Below are positions 19,083 to 28,184 of a stretch of DNA of 64,000 bases, piece by piece. The position numbers and the translations under genes were made by a program. Under the pieces are notes generated by a model. It made no database searches. It worked only from the letters and a program-made list of their open reading frames with translations, and was not told where the DNA came from. Location of the stretch: NCBI GenBank assembly GCA_965261395.1, contig OZ253462.1, positions 5,312,001 through 5,376,000 on the forward strand, given 5' to 3'. Source of the DNA: Candidatus Latescibacterota bacterium. GTDB lineage: Bacteria; Latescibacterota; UBA2968; UBA8231. The number at the start of each line of letters is the position of its first letter. The first letter of the stretch is position 1.

Positions 19083-19458
19083 GGGAGGAGTAAGTCGGGC
19101 GGGCGCGCTAGCGGCCCCTAGCGACCGCTGGTGAGGAAAGTCCGAGCTCCACAGGACAGGATGCTGGGTAACACCCAGGGGGGGCAACCCCACAGACAGT
19201 GCCACAGAAAACACACCGCCCAGTTTGCTGGGTAAGGTTGAAAAGGCGAGGTAAGAGCTCACCGCACCTGCGGCGACGCAGGTGGCAGGGTAAACCTCAT
19301 CCGGAGCAAGGCTAAATAGGGGAAAAGAGGTGGTCCGCCTCGCTATATTCCCGGGTAAGCCGCACCGAGGCGGCCGGGCAACCGCCGCCCCAGATGAATG
19401 CCCGCACAGCGCACTTCAGGTGCGTGGACAGAACTCGGCTTATAGACTCACTCCTCCC
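19083..19458 (+). ncRNA. rnpB: RNase P RNA (type A)
   Basis: Conserved GAGGAAAGTCCGAGCTC, CAGAAA, GGTAAAC, GAGCAAG and ACAGAACTCGGCTTA; P1 formed by GGGAGGAGTAAGTC / GACTCACTCCTCCC. Confidence 0.97.
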
Positions 19459-19509
19459 ACACCCGGGGCCCGGCGGCTCCGGGTGATTTTTCTTTCTTTG
19501 GAGAGCTAT

Positions 19510-20703
19510 ATGTTCCCTCTGATCGCCGCGCTGGTGTTGATTGCCGCGCGGCTTCCCGCCCAACAGCCCGAGCGCTATGCGATCGAGCCTCTGGTCTCGC
19601 AGCTAGCCGAAGGCTATATCGACTGGACGCAACACGCGCTCTTTGCCTATGGCGACGACACCGCGCCCGCGGCTATCTCCAACCCCGTGCAGCAGCGGCT
19701 CCACGGGTTGCGCAATGCCCGGGACGCGGCGTTCCACAGCATGCGCGAACTAATCGGCCAAGTCCGCCTCAACGCTGATACCCAACTGCGAGACGCTGGC
19801 CTCGACCGCGATTTTCAAGACCTCGTCCGCGTGGCCATTGGCTCGCAAAGCGAAGATCAAGGACACTATCGCATCGCCGTGCGGCTACTGCTGCTAGGTG
19901 ATTTCGCGGCGGCGGTGCTGCCCCAAGTTGAGCCTATAGACCCAAGATCATACGATCTGAACCGTTTCGACGACTCCCCCGTAGCGCCAGCTACCGCCGA
20001 TTCGCTTGCAATGCCAGTCATCGCCGACTCTCTCACGACACCAGCTACCACTGATTCCCTCGCAGTGCCAGCTACCGCCGATTCGCTAATGACACCGGCT
20101 ACCACTGATTCCCTTACAATGCCAGTCGTCGACGATTCCCTCGCGACACCCGCTACCGCCGATTCGCTAACGACGCCCGCCACCGCCGATTCCCTCGCGG
20201 CAGACGAACTCGTGTTTTTCGTGCCCGAGGCACCCTACACAGGCCTGCTCGTCGATGTCCGCGGCCTCGGGCTACAACCGAGCATAGCACCGCGAGTGCT
20301 CAGCGGGGATGGGCACGTGATTCACGGCGCAGCTACCGTGGACCGCAGTCTCGCCACGGACTACGGAGTCGCCGGTTACGACGACGACATCGACCGCGCT
20401 TACACCAGCGAACGGCTCGGCGGGGAGGAGGCCAACCCTTTCGTCGTCAAGGCCACGGGCACGGCCGGCCGCTACTCGGGCGACGCCATCCTCGACAACT
20501 TCGATGCCGCACAAGTGCTGCGAGCCGACGAGATCGGCGACTTCTTGCGCCAAGGCCGGGTGACCTTCCTCCTCGGCCCCGAGCCAGCAGCCTTTGATAC
20601 CACCTATGCGGCCTTCGATTCCACCTATACCGATTCTACTTTCATATTAGAAGGAATGGAACATGAGTTTGAGCTTTACCGAGAAATGGAACCAAGCGAC
20701 TAG
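19510..20703 (+). CDS. Secreted LPP20-like protein with internal 9-aa tandem repeats
   Basis: ATG 19510 after rnpB (MFPLIAALVLIAARLPA|Q); C-terminal YTGLLVDVRGLGLQPSIAPRVL...NPFVVKA; overlaps pyrF by 41 nt. Confidence 0.75.
   Translation: MFPLIAALVLIAARLPAQQPERYAIEPLVSQLAEGYIDWTQHALFAYGDDTAPAAISNPVQQRLHGLRNARDAAFHSMRELIGQVRLNADTQLRDAGLDRDFQDLVRVAIGSQSEDQGHYRIAVRLLLLGDFAAAVLPQVEPIDPRSYDLNRFDDSPVAPATADSLAMPVIADSLTTPATTDSLAVPATADSLMTPATTDSLTMPVVDDSLATPATADSLTTPATADSLAADELVFFVPEAPYTGLLVDVRGLGLQPSIAPRVLSGDGHVIHGAATVDRSLATDYGVAGYDDDIDRAYTSERLGGEEANPFVVKATGTAGRYSGDAILDNFDAAQVLRADEIGDFLRQGRVTFLLGPEPAAFDTTYAAFDSTYTDSTFILEGMEHEFELYREMEPSD
19987..20202 (+). repeat. 8 x 27-bp coding tandem repeat (consensus PATADSLxx)
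   Basis: Units PATADSLAM, PVIADSLTT, PATTDSLAV, PATADSLMT, PATTDSLTM, PVVDDSLAT, PATADSLTT, PATADSLAA. Confidence 0.92.
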
Positions 20704-21478
20704 CCGGAATAACTCGCTGGTCTGCGTCGGGCTAGATACCGATCCCGCTCAGTTACCAGCCAGCGTCCGCGCCAAAGCTGACCCCGTCCTCTACTTCAAT
20801 CAGCAAATCATCGACGCCACCTGCGACCTCGTCTGCTGCTACAAGCCCAACTTCGCTTTCTACAGCGCCCTCGGCGCAGACGGCTTTGCCACGCTCAAAC
20901 GCACCCTCGACCACATCCCCGCGGACATCCCGGTGCTCATCGACGCCAAGGTCGGCGACATGGGCAACACCGCCGAGCAGTACGCCCGCGCCTTCTACGA
21001 GGTCCTCGGCTGCGACGCGCTGACTGTAACTCCCTATTTAGGCCACGACTGCGTCGCGCCCTTCACCGCGTTCAAAGACCGCACCACCTTTCTCGTCTGC
21101 CTGACCTCCAACCCAGGGGCTGACGATTTTCAGAAGGAGCATCTAGGCGACCGGCCCCTGTACGAGCAGGTCGTCGCCAAGGCACACGCTTGGAACGCGG
21201 CCAACAACATTGGACTCGTCGTCGGAGCGACCCAACCAGCCGGCTTGGCCCGCATCCGCGCCCTTGCCCCGGATATGCCCTTGCTCATCCCCGGCATCGG
21301 TGCCCAAAGCGGCGATATTGCAGCGGCGGTCAAAAACGGCTGCGACGCTCGCGGCGCGGGTATCCTCATCAATTCCTCGCGCAGCATCCTCTACGCTTCC
21401 CAAGGCAGCGATTTCGCGGCCGCGGCCCGGCAGGCAACCCTAACCCTGCGCGACGCCATCAACGCCCACCGCCCCTGA
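20663..21478 (+). CDS. pyrF: Orotidine-5'-phosphate decarboxylase (subfamily 2)
   Basis: VCVGLD, YKPNFAFY, DAKVGDMGNT, GLVVGAT, LIPGIGAQ and INSSRSI motifs. Confidence 0.95.
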   Translation: MSLSFTEKWNQATSRNNSLVCVGLDTDPAQLPASVRAKADPVLYFNQQIIDATCDLVCCYKPNFAFYSALGADGFATLKRTLDHIPADIPVLIDAKVGDMGNTAEQYARAFYEVLGCDALTVTPYLGHDCVAPFTAFKDRTTFLVCLTSNPGADDFQKEHLGDRPLYEQVVAKAHAWNAANNIGLVVGATQPAGLARIRALAPDMPLLIPGIGAQSGDIAAAVKNGCDARGAGILINSSRSILYASQGSDFAAAARQATLTLRDAINAHRP

Positions 21479-21528
21479 GCGCCGTTATTGCCATTGCGCA
21501 TAGCTATCTCTATTTTTTTCTAACGAGT

Positions 21529-21606
21529 CGGGGTGTGGCGCAGCCCGGTTAGCGCACCTGCTTTGGGAGCAGGATGTCGTCGGTTCGAATCCGACCACCC
21601 CGACCA
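21529..21606 (+). tRNA. tRNA-Pro (TGG)
   Basis: Acceptor stem CGGGGTG/CACCCCG; anticodon arm CCTGC-TTTGGGA-GCAGG; T arm GTCGG-TTCGAAT-CCGAC; encoded ACCA end. Confidence 0.97.
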
Positions 21607-21673
21607 CCACTCTCTATAGAACCCCCTTCCCTCGCACAGCGAAATTCGCGGCCCTTCACCGCAAGGATGAATC

Positions 21674-23011
21674 ATGGCACGAGAAATCAAGGCTTTGCTC
21701 GACGAGGAAATCGCTGCTTACGCAGCGCGCAATCCCCGCTCGCAAGCGATGTTTGCGCGGGCCAAGCAATCGCTGCCGGGCGGCAACACCCGCACCGGCG
21801 TCCACATAGATCCTTTTCCCCTATACGCCGACCGCGGCGAGGGGTCCTATCTCTACGACATCGACGGCCACCGCCTGATCGACTTCGTCAACAACAACAC
21901 CGCCCTACCCTTGGGCCACGCCCATCCCGCCATCGTCGCCGCCCTACAGGAACAAATCGTCCGTGGCACCGGGTTTTCGCGGCCCCTCGCCCTCGAAGTG
22001 GAGATGGCCGAACTGCTCCGCACGCGCATGCCCGTGCTGGAGAAAGTGCGCTTTTGCTCCTCGGGCACCGAAGCCGTGCTCAACGCCCTGCGCGTGGCGC
22101 GGGCGCATACCGGACGCACCAAGATCGCCAAGTTCGAGGGGGCCTATCACGGGATAGACGACAGCGCGCTGGTGAGTTATTTGCCGCCGCTGGGGCCGGA
22201 ACTGGGGCCGGCCAGCAAGCCGCAGGGCGTGGCCTCGTCGGCCGGGCTGATGGCCCGTACCCTCGACGAGGTGGTCGTGCTGCCGTTCAACGACACAGCG
22301 GCCTGCGCCGAGATCATCGGCGACTACGCCCACGAGCTAGCAGCCGTAATCGTAGATCCGCTTTCCACGGCCGCCGGGCTGGCGCTGCCAGAAGCCGGCT
22401 TTTTGTCGAGCCTGCGCGACGCCACCACCCGCGCCGGTGCCCTGCTGATCTTCGACGAAATCGTCAGCTTCCGCTTCGGCCCGGGCGGGACGCACACAGC
22501 CTATCAAGTGCGGCCCGATCTGGTCTGTTTGGGCAAGGTAATCGCCGGTGGGACGCCCGGCGCAGCTTTCGGCGGCCGTGCCGACGCCATGAGCCTATAC
22601 GACCCAGCCGACGGACCGCAGATCCAACAATCCGGGACCTTCAACGCTAACCCCATCGCCCTAGCCGCTGGCTTGCAGACCCTCCAGGCGCTGACCCCCG
22701 AGGCTTACGAGCAGATGGAAGGGCTGGCGCAACGGGCGGCAGAGGGGTTGCAGGCTGCGTTTGGCGAGGTCGGAATCGCCGTGCAGGTGGTCGTGGCCGG
22801 ATCCATATTTCGGCTGTATTTCCTCGAACAGCCACCGCGCAATTTCCGCCAAGCAGCGCAAGACGACGCGCAGATGCACCGCTGGTTGTTCTTCGCCCTG
22901 CTCAACAAGGGGCTGTACACGCGAACGGGCGGCAACGCATCGCTGGCGACCGAGACCCACCACATCGACGCGCTGGTGCAGGGGGTGCGCGAGGTGGTAC
23001 AAGTACTCTAA
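21674..23011 (+). CDS. Class III PLP aminotransferase (glutamate-1-semialdehyde aminomutase-like)
   Basis: LGHAHP, SGTEA, FEGAYHG, LIFDEI, GKVIAGG and SGTFNANP motifs; too divergent to call hemL. Confidence 0.88.
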   Translation: MAREIKALLDEEIAAYAARNPRSQAMFARAKQSLPGGNTRTGVHIDPFPLYADRGEGSYLYDIDGHRLIDFVNNNTALPLGHAHPAIVAALQEQIVRGTGFSRPLALEVEMAELLRTRMPVLEKVRFCSSGTEAVLNALRVARAHTGRTKIAKFEGAYHGIDDSALVSYLPPLGPELGPASKPQGVASSAGLMARTLDEVVVLPFNDTAACAEIIGDYAHELAAVIVDPLSTAAGLALPEAGFLSSLRDATTRAGALLIFDEIVSFRFGPGGTHTAYQVRPDLVCLGKVIAGGTPGAAFGGRADAMSLYDPADGPQIQQSGTFNANPIALAAGLQTLQALTPEAYEQMEGLAQRAAEGLQAAFGEVGIAVQVVVAGSIFRLYFLEQPPRNFRQAAQDDAQMHRWLFFALLNKGLYTRTGGNASLATETHHIDALVQGVREVVQVL

Positions 23012-23019
23012 CATCCCGC

Positions 23020-23376
23020 ATGACGGCTAGCGCATGGCAGCGCACACTCCTGTGGAGCCTGTCCCTGAGCATGGTTTGCTGCGGCGGTTGGGGCCGCCGG
23101 CCCCCGCCAGCAGAGCCGCCAACTACGACCACGGCAACAGCCCACTACGCCAACTTCTGTGCCGACTGCCACGGCGTGAATATGGACGGGGGCATGGCTA
23201 GCAGCCTAATCGACGGCCGCTGGGATTACGGCGCAAGCGACGCGGCTATCTTCGCGAGCATTGCCGTGGGGATTCCCGAGGACGGCATGCCCGGGTTTGG
23301 CGCGGTGATGGACGCAGCCCAAATCGACGTGCTGGTCGCCCTGATGCGGGCGGTCGAGCGCAAACAATCCCCTTAG
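23020..23376 (+). CDS. Mono-heme c-type cytochrome
   Basis: CADCH heme motif, distal GMPGF, N-terminal export signal. Confidence 0.85.
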   Translation: MTASAWQRTLLWSLSLSMVCCGGWGRRPPPAEPPTTTTATAHYANFCADCHGVNMDGGMASSLIDGRWDYGASDAAIFASIAVGIPEDGMPGFGAVMDAAQIDVLVALMRAVERKQSP

Positions 23377-23389
23377 AAAGGTGTCTGCT

Positions 23390-24520
23390 ATGAGCTATAT
23401 GGCGCGATTGGCGCTTTGTGTCCTGATCGCCGTGGGTAGTGCTGGAGCCGAGGAGGTCGTCGAGTCCGAGGAACACGCCTTCCGCGTCGAGACCTTTGTC
23501 ACGGGCTTGGAGGTGCCGTGGGGCATGGCGTTTTTGCCCGACGGTCGTCTGCTCGTAACCGAGCAGGAAGGGAACCTGCGCATCGTGGCACAGGACGGTG
23601 CGGTCTCTGCACCGATTGCAGGTGTGCCGGCCGTATACCCCAGAGGGCAGGGGGGATTGATGGATGTGGTGCTGCACCCGCAATACGCCGACCAGGGTTG
23701 GATATATCTGAGTTATTCCGAACCCCTGCGGGGGCCGATAGGCGGCACCTTGGGACATACGGTCATCGCCCGCGGGCAATTGCAGGAAGGGCGGCTGGCC
23801 GATGTGGAGATCGTGTACCGCGTCCCGGAGCAATTCTACACTCCGCACTCTCACCACTATGGCTCGCGCATCGTCTTCGACCGCGCCGGCTTCCTGTACT
23901 TTGCGATCGGCGACCGCGGCCAGCGGCCCTTGGCCCAGAACGTGGAGTGGCCCAACGGCAAAATCCACCGCTTGCACGACGATGGTGCCGTGCCAGCAGA
24001 CAATCCCTTCGTCGGGCAAGAGGACGCCATTGAGTCGATTTGGTCCTACGGCCACCGCAACCCCCAGGGGATGGCCCTGCACCCAGAGACCGACCAACTG
24101 TGGGCGGCCGAGCACGGCCCCAAAGGCGGCGACGAACTCAACCACGTACGCCGCGGCCTAAACTACGGCTGGCCGGCGATTACCTATGGCATCAACTACG
24201 ACGGCACGCCCATTACCGACCAAACCCACGCCGACGGCATGGAGCAGCCGCAGACCTATTGGGTGCCGTCGATAGCGGTCTGCGGCATTGACTTTTACAC
24301 CGGCGAGCGCTTCGGCAACTGGCAAAACGACCTGCTGGTGACCTCGCTGCGCTTCAACCGCCTGCACCGGCTGCGATTGGCGGGCACAGAAGTGGTACAC
24401 GAGGAGATCGTGTACCAAGGCCAGTCGCGGATGCGCGACGTGCAGACCGGGCCGGACGGCGCGATCTACCTCGCGGTGGAAGACCCAGGGCGGATTTTGC
24501 GACTGGTGCCCGCAGAGTGA
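23390..24520 (+). CDS. PQQ-dependent sugar dehydrogenase (GSDH family)
   Basis: PWGMAFLPDG, GQGGLMDV, HYGSRI, YGHRNPQG, EHGPKGGDELN and NYGWP motifs. Confidence 0.93.
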   Translation: MSYMARLALCVLIAVGSAGAEEVVESEEHAFRVETFVTGLEVPWGMAFLPDGRLLVTEQEGNLRIVAQDGAVSAPIAGVPAVYPRGQGGLMDVVLHPQYADQGWIYLSYSEPLRGPIGGTLGHTVIARGQLQEGRLADVEIVYRVPEQFYTPHSHHYGSRIVFDRAGFLYFAIGDRGQRPLAQNVEWPNGKIHRLHDDGAVPADNPFVGQEDAIESIWSYGHRNPQGMALHPETDQLWAAEHGPKGGDELNHVRRGLNYGWPAITYGINYDGTPITDQTHADGMEQPQTYWVPSIAVCGIDFYTGERFGNWQNDLLVTSLRFNRLHRLRLAGTEVVHEEIVYQGQSRMRDVQTGPDGAIYLAVEDPGRILRLVPAE

Positions 24521-24534
24521 AACGGGGAACCAAT

Positions 24535-25200
24535 ATGGAAAAGCGAACGCTTGGCCGCACGGGCCTTGAAGTCAGTGTGCTGGGCATGGGGGGACTGTAC
24601 GTCTCCAGTGCGGGTGCCCGTGGACGCGATGAGGCATGCCGCGCCGTCCACCGCGCACTTGAACTCGGTGTAAATTACGTGGATACAGCGCCCAACTACC
24701 GCGACAGCGAAGAGGTTTTGGGCATCGCGCTCGACGGTGTGACGCAGCCGTACTTCCTCGCGACAAAACTCGGCGGCCGGCCGCAGCCGTTCAATCCGCA
24801 AGATAAAGATCTCTTGCGGCAGTCGGTCGATGAAAGCCTGCGGTTACTCAAACGCGATTACATCGATGTCCTGTTGGTACACGAGCCTGACCGTCCCGGT
24901 CAGTACGATTGGTGGACGGACTACGACCGTTTCCACGGGCCGGTCTGCGATCTGTTGGAAGAACTGAAGGCAGAGAAAATTATCCGCTTCACCGGACTCG
25001 GCGGCACCACCGCTTATCAGCTGCCGCTCATTGAGGAAGTGGAACAGAATGTGCGCGCGGTGGAAGCCGGGCCGCTACCGTCAGATGTCCTCGCCCAGCT
25101 TCAGGAGATTGCCGATATGGTGCCATTCCGGCCGTATGAAGAGCCGTTTGGCTTGCCGTTTGGACGACCATACAAGGGGCCTGGCCAAGCGGGCAGGTAG
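24535..25200 (+). pseudogene. Aldo/keto reductase with an apparent in-frame internal deletion
   Basis: AKR N-terminus (RTLGRTGLEVS, DTAPNY, ATK, LVHEP) joins directly to C-terminal EEVEQNV near 25028; about 221 aa, with the central barrel strands missing. Confidence 0.7.
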
Positions 25201-25235
25201 GTTGATGATATCTTCTGTAGGTTCCAGACTTGCGA

Positions 25236-25269
25236 ACGGGGTCTTCGTCGATGGTGACGAAGACCCCGT
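25236..25269. terminator. Perfect 14-bp hairpin between convergent genes
   Basis: ACGGGGTCTTCGTC-GATGGT-GACGAAGACCCCGT; no T tract on either side. Confidence 0.6.
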
Positions 25270-25304
25270 CGGGTATGGGCACATGCACACATGCCGCTAG
25301 TGCT

Positions 25305-27833
25305 CTATGGCGCTGAGAGTGCCAAGTGCAGCATGACCTCGCGGTCCGGTGCCATGTTATCGACTGTGCTCTCGCGCTGCGTCCCCTCGATACCCATCTC
25401 CAGCCCTTCCCAGCGCAATAACTCCAGCCGACAGCCCATACTCACCTCGCGGAAGGCCTCAGACTGCCCCACCCTTAGGTAGGGCGTCCCCATAGCCCGA
25501 CCGCCGAACACCGCCAGCCCGTAGGCCGCCTCCGCGTCGAGACGACCGACGGATGCAGGCGCATCATTTGCCGCCAGTCCCGCCAGCGTCTCCCGCCCCA
25601 GCAACGCCGCCACACCGCCCGAGGACGCCCCACCCCAAGACGGCGTCAGCGCCACGGCCGGACCAAGCTCCGAAGACGGCGTCGGGTCGAAGCGCAGCGA
25701 TCCCGATACCCGCCAATCCCGAAAGTCCGCAGCCTCGTGCGCCACCAAGCCACGCACCATCACCTGCGCCATCAGACCCCGCGCCTCATCGGCAAAGACC
25801 GTACCGCCGCCAAGCTCCACGCCAAAACCCGTCTCCGCGTCGCCGCCGTCATGGCGCAGACCCAGCTCGACCGTCGGCGTCAGCAACCCACCGCCTAGCG
25901 CAAGATCCAAGGAACCCTCCAGCCCCAAGCGCAGGCGGCTCACATCCGCCACCGCCGCCGCCAGTAGGCCCGAAGGGTCCGACACCGCCGCCGAGGTCGT
26001 GCGCACCAACAACGCATCCGACTCAATCGCCAGCGACAGACCGCCCGCTTGCCGTGCGGAGACGAGGTCGCCCCGCACACCGACCGCCGCCATCGTCAGA
26101 TCCATAGCGGTGTGGTGCGATTCCCCGCCCTGCATCATCAACGCCAGGTCGCCTTGACCGTAGCCTGCCGTGCCCCACAGCGACAAGCGCTCCGCGAGTT
26201 CGTAGCCGACATAGGGATACAGACCCGTCAGCGAAGACGCCATGCGGCCTGCGCCGCGGTCCGCCGAATACCAACTCCCGTCCCCCCTGCTGTGAGACAG
26301 CGGCAGCCCCACCACCCAGCGCCCAATGGCGTAATCAGCCCCGAACATCCCCGTCGTCATCCCGCCATCGAGCGATAGACCGTTATCACTCCCGTCAAAA
26401 CCCGAATACCCCCCACGGCCCCAGAGGGTGCCAAGGCCGCCGACTGTCTCACTGCTCAGGGTAAACGCACTTCCTGTCACCAGATCGCGCATCGTTGGCA
26501 ACTGTGGTCCGAACTGAACCTCCGTCGCCTCGCTGCGGCCCCATTCCGACTGCGCCTCAAAGCGATCCTGCGCGACAACCTCACCTGCGCCGCTGAGATC
26601 ATGGCCTGCAACGGTGGCCTGCATCCCCGCCTCGTGCGGTGCCCTCAGACGCGCCTGCACGCCATCGAGCACGCGCTGGGCCGCGGTGCGACCAAAGCGC
26701 GCCAGCCAAGCCTGCTGCAACGGATCGTCGTTCGCGATCGTTCCCGTCGCCATATCGTCCGCAATGTGCGCCCCCGAGGCGTTGCTCAGGGTCAGCGTCA
26801 GGGTCTCCTCGCCTTCGTCGTGGGCATCGTCGAGCACCGCTACTGAAACCGTCTTCTGCGTCTCGCCCGCAGCGAAGGTGAGCGTCCCATCCGTGGCCGT
26901 ATAGTCCTGGCCCGCCTGCGCGGTGCCGTCCGCGGTCGCGTAGTCCACCGTCACCGTCTCCGAGGCAGCCTGGCTCAGTGTCACCGCAAATTCGAGCGTG
27001 GCGTCCGTCTCCTCCGTCGTCCGCGCGTCCGCAACCGACAGCGTCGCCGGGCCAACACTGGGACGCCCCTTGATCTCTATCCTGAGAATCAAGCGAGCGT
27101 CCCATTTCCAATCGGGATCGCCCGCGCTCCGAAAGCCGAGATGATCGTGGATCTCCCATCCTTCTTCGGCCCCGGGGTCGTCTTCACTGCTGTAGGTCGT
27201 GCGGAATTGGGCGATGTTGTCATTTGCGCAACCTGCCGTGCAATCAAGCAGGAAGTAGTACTCCGTGTCCGGCTCCAAGTAGGTGTTCTCAGGTGCCCAC
27301 CACTCATTGTACGCATAGTCGTCCAATTGGCCTCTAATGAGGTCAGTGACTCGGGTGAAGCCGGATTCGCCGGATCCATTGTAGAGGTAGATGCCTGCAT
27401 TTATCAGCATGTACCGGCTCTCATGCGTATCATGCACATGCAGCAAAATGCTCGTCAATTCATATCCCCCGAGATTAGGACCGGTTCTGAATGCCTGATT
27501 CAGTCCGTCTTGAAACTCATTCAGCAATACGACCCTTTCTGACAGTTGGTCGGTATTCTTCACCAGCGTAGTGATCGGCGGATCGTACGTTTGCGCAGAT
27601 GCGGCCACGGCGACCACAAGCGCGGTAGCTACCGCTAGAAGAATCGCTCCAGTCCACCGTGCGCCGCCTCGAGGTCTGGCCGACACATAGTCTTGCCGTT
27701 GCCATAGTCGAACCCGGCGCCTGAGATCCAACCCCCTGAGGCCGCGACAGCTTGTCGCCCGCCGTTGTGAATCCCTTGCCTCCGCATCTGCCACCACCCG
27801 CTTGTCAAGCTTGTCAACCAGCACAGTTGTCAT
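25305..27833 (-). CDS. Autotransporter-type adhesin: extended signal region, choice-of-anchor-R-like domain, Calx-beta domain, C-terminal beta-barrel
   Basis: Calx-beta VTVDYATADGTAQAGQDY..GTLTFAAGETQKTVSV..DD..DEGEE; linker AWLARFGRT; barrel motifs GADY, LYPY, GLRHDGGDAETGFG; AGGAGG RBS. Confidence 0.85.
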   Translation of the reverse strand: MTTVLVDKLDKRVVADAEARDSQRRATSCRGLRGLDLRRRVRLWQRQDYVSARPRGGARWTGAILLAVATALVVAVAASAQTYDPPITTLVKNTDQLSERVVLLNEFQDGLNQAFRTGPNLGGYELTSILLHVHDTHESRYMLINAGIYLYNGSGESGFTRVTDLIRGQLDDYAYNEWWAPENTYLEPDTEYYFLLDCTAGCANDNIAQFRTTYSSEDDPGAEEGWEIHDHLGFRSAGDPDWKWDARLILRIEIKGRPSVGPATLSVADARTTEETDATLEFAVTLSQAASETVTVDYATADGTAQAGQDYTATDGTLTFAAGETQKTVSVAVLDDAHDEGEETLTLTLSNASGAHIADDMATGTIANDDPLQQAWLARFGRTAAQRVLDGVQARLRAPHEAGMQATVAGHDLSGAGEVVAQDRFEAQSEWGRSEATEVQFGPQLPTMRDLVTGSAFTLSSETVGGLGTLWGRGGYSGFDGSDNGLSLDGGMTTGMFGADYAIGRWVVGLPLSHSRGDGSWYSADRGAGRMASSLTGLYPYVGYELAERLSLWGTAGYGQGDLALMMQGGESHHTAMDLTMAAVGVRGDLVSARQAGGLSLAIESDALLVRTTSAAVSDPSGLLAAAVADVSRLRLGLEGSLDLALGGGLLTPTVELGLRHDGGDAETGFGVELGGGTVFADEARGLMAQVMVRGLVAHEAADFRDWRVSGSLRFDPTPSSELGPAVALTPSWGGASSGGVAALLGRETLAGLAANDAPASVGRLDAEAAYGLAVFGGRAMGTPYLRVGQSEAFREVSMGCRLELLRWEGLEMGIEGTQRESTVDNMAPDREVMLHLALSAP

Positions 27834-27895
27834 GACCGGCCTCCTTCTCTTGCATTGCCAGCTAGGATGAAAAACTTCCTCTCAGCCAATGCTTA

Positions 27896-27911
27896 TGCAT
27901 AAACCGTGCCA
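27896..27911 (-). promoter_or_regulatory. Sigma54 (-24/-12) promoter for the autotransporter
   Basis: Minus strand TGGCAC-GGTTT-ATGCA with exact GG-N10-GC spacing, about 63 nt upstream of the ATG. Confidence 0.8.
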
Positions 27912-28095
27912 AGCCCGTAGCGGATGGATTAAATCCTTTATATAAAGGGTGTTAGGAGAATTTATGTGGAAAGATGGGAAGTTGCCGAAATGATGCAGAA
28001 CGAAACAATTCGAGAGATACAAAATGAAAAGGAGAGGCGTCTAACTATCTGAAATTGCGTTACTTATGGAGCGGTTTGCGGTATTCGCGACGACG

Positions 28096-28127
28096 ACTGT
28101 TTAATATTGCAACAGTTGCAACAGTCG
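28096..28127. promoter_or_regulatory. Candidate upstream activator sequence for a sigma54 enhancer-binding protein
   Basis: TGTT-TAATATTGC-AACA dyad plus direct repeat TTGCAACAG TTGCAACAG, about 190 bp upstream of the -24 box. Confidence 0.5.
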
Positions 28128-28184
28128 ATGCGGAACTGAGAGGATTGGCCTAGAGGTTGGCTTGGTTGTTGCCCGGTCGGTTAT

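Noticed and set aside
19330-19509. N-terminal extension of the 457-aa ORF, and other short ORFs over 19050-19563
   Set aside because: They overlap RNase P RNA; a signal peptide begins at ATG 19510
19987-20202. Possible CRISPR array
   Set aside because: Contiguous in-frame 27-bp coding repeats without spacers; no cas genes
21529-21606. tRNA-Pro as an island integration site
   Set aside because: I found no second copy of its 3' end and no integrase in the window
21674-23011. Calling the aminotransferase hemL
   Set aside because: Only family-level motifs are present, and there is no tetrapyrrole gene context
23020-24520. Frameshifted cytochrome c-GSDH fusion
   Set aside because: Each ORF has its own export signal and a normal stop/start, so two genes is the simpler reading
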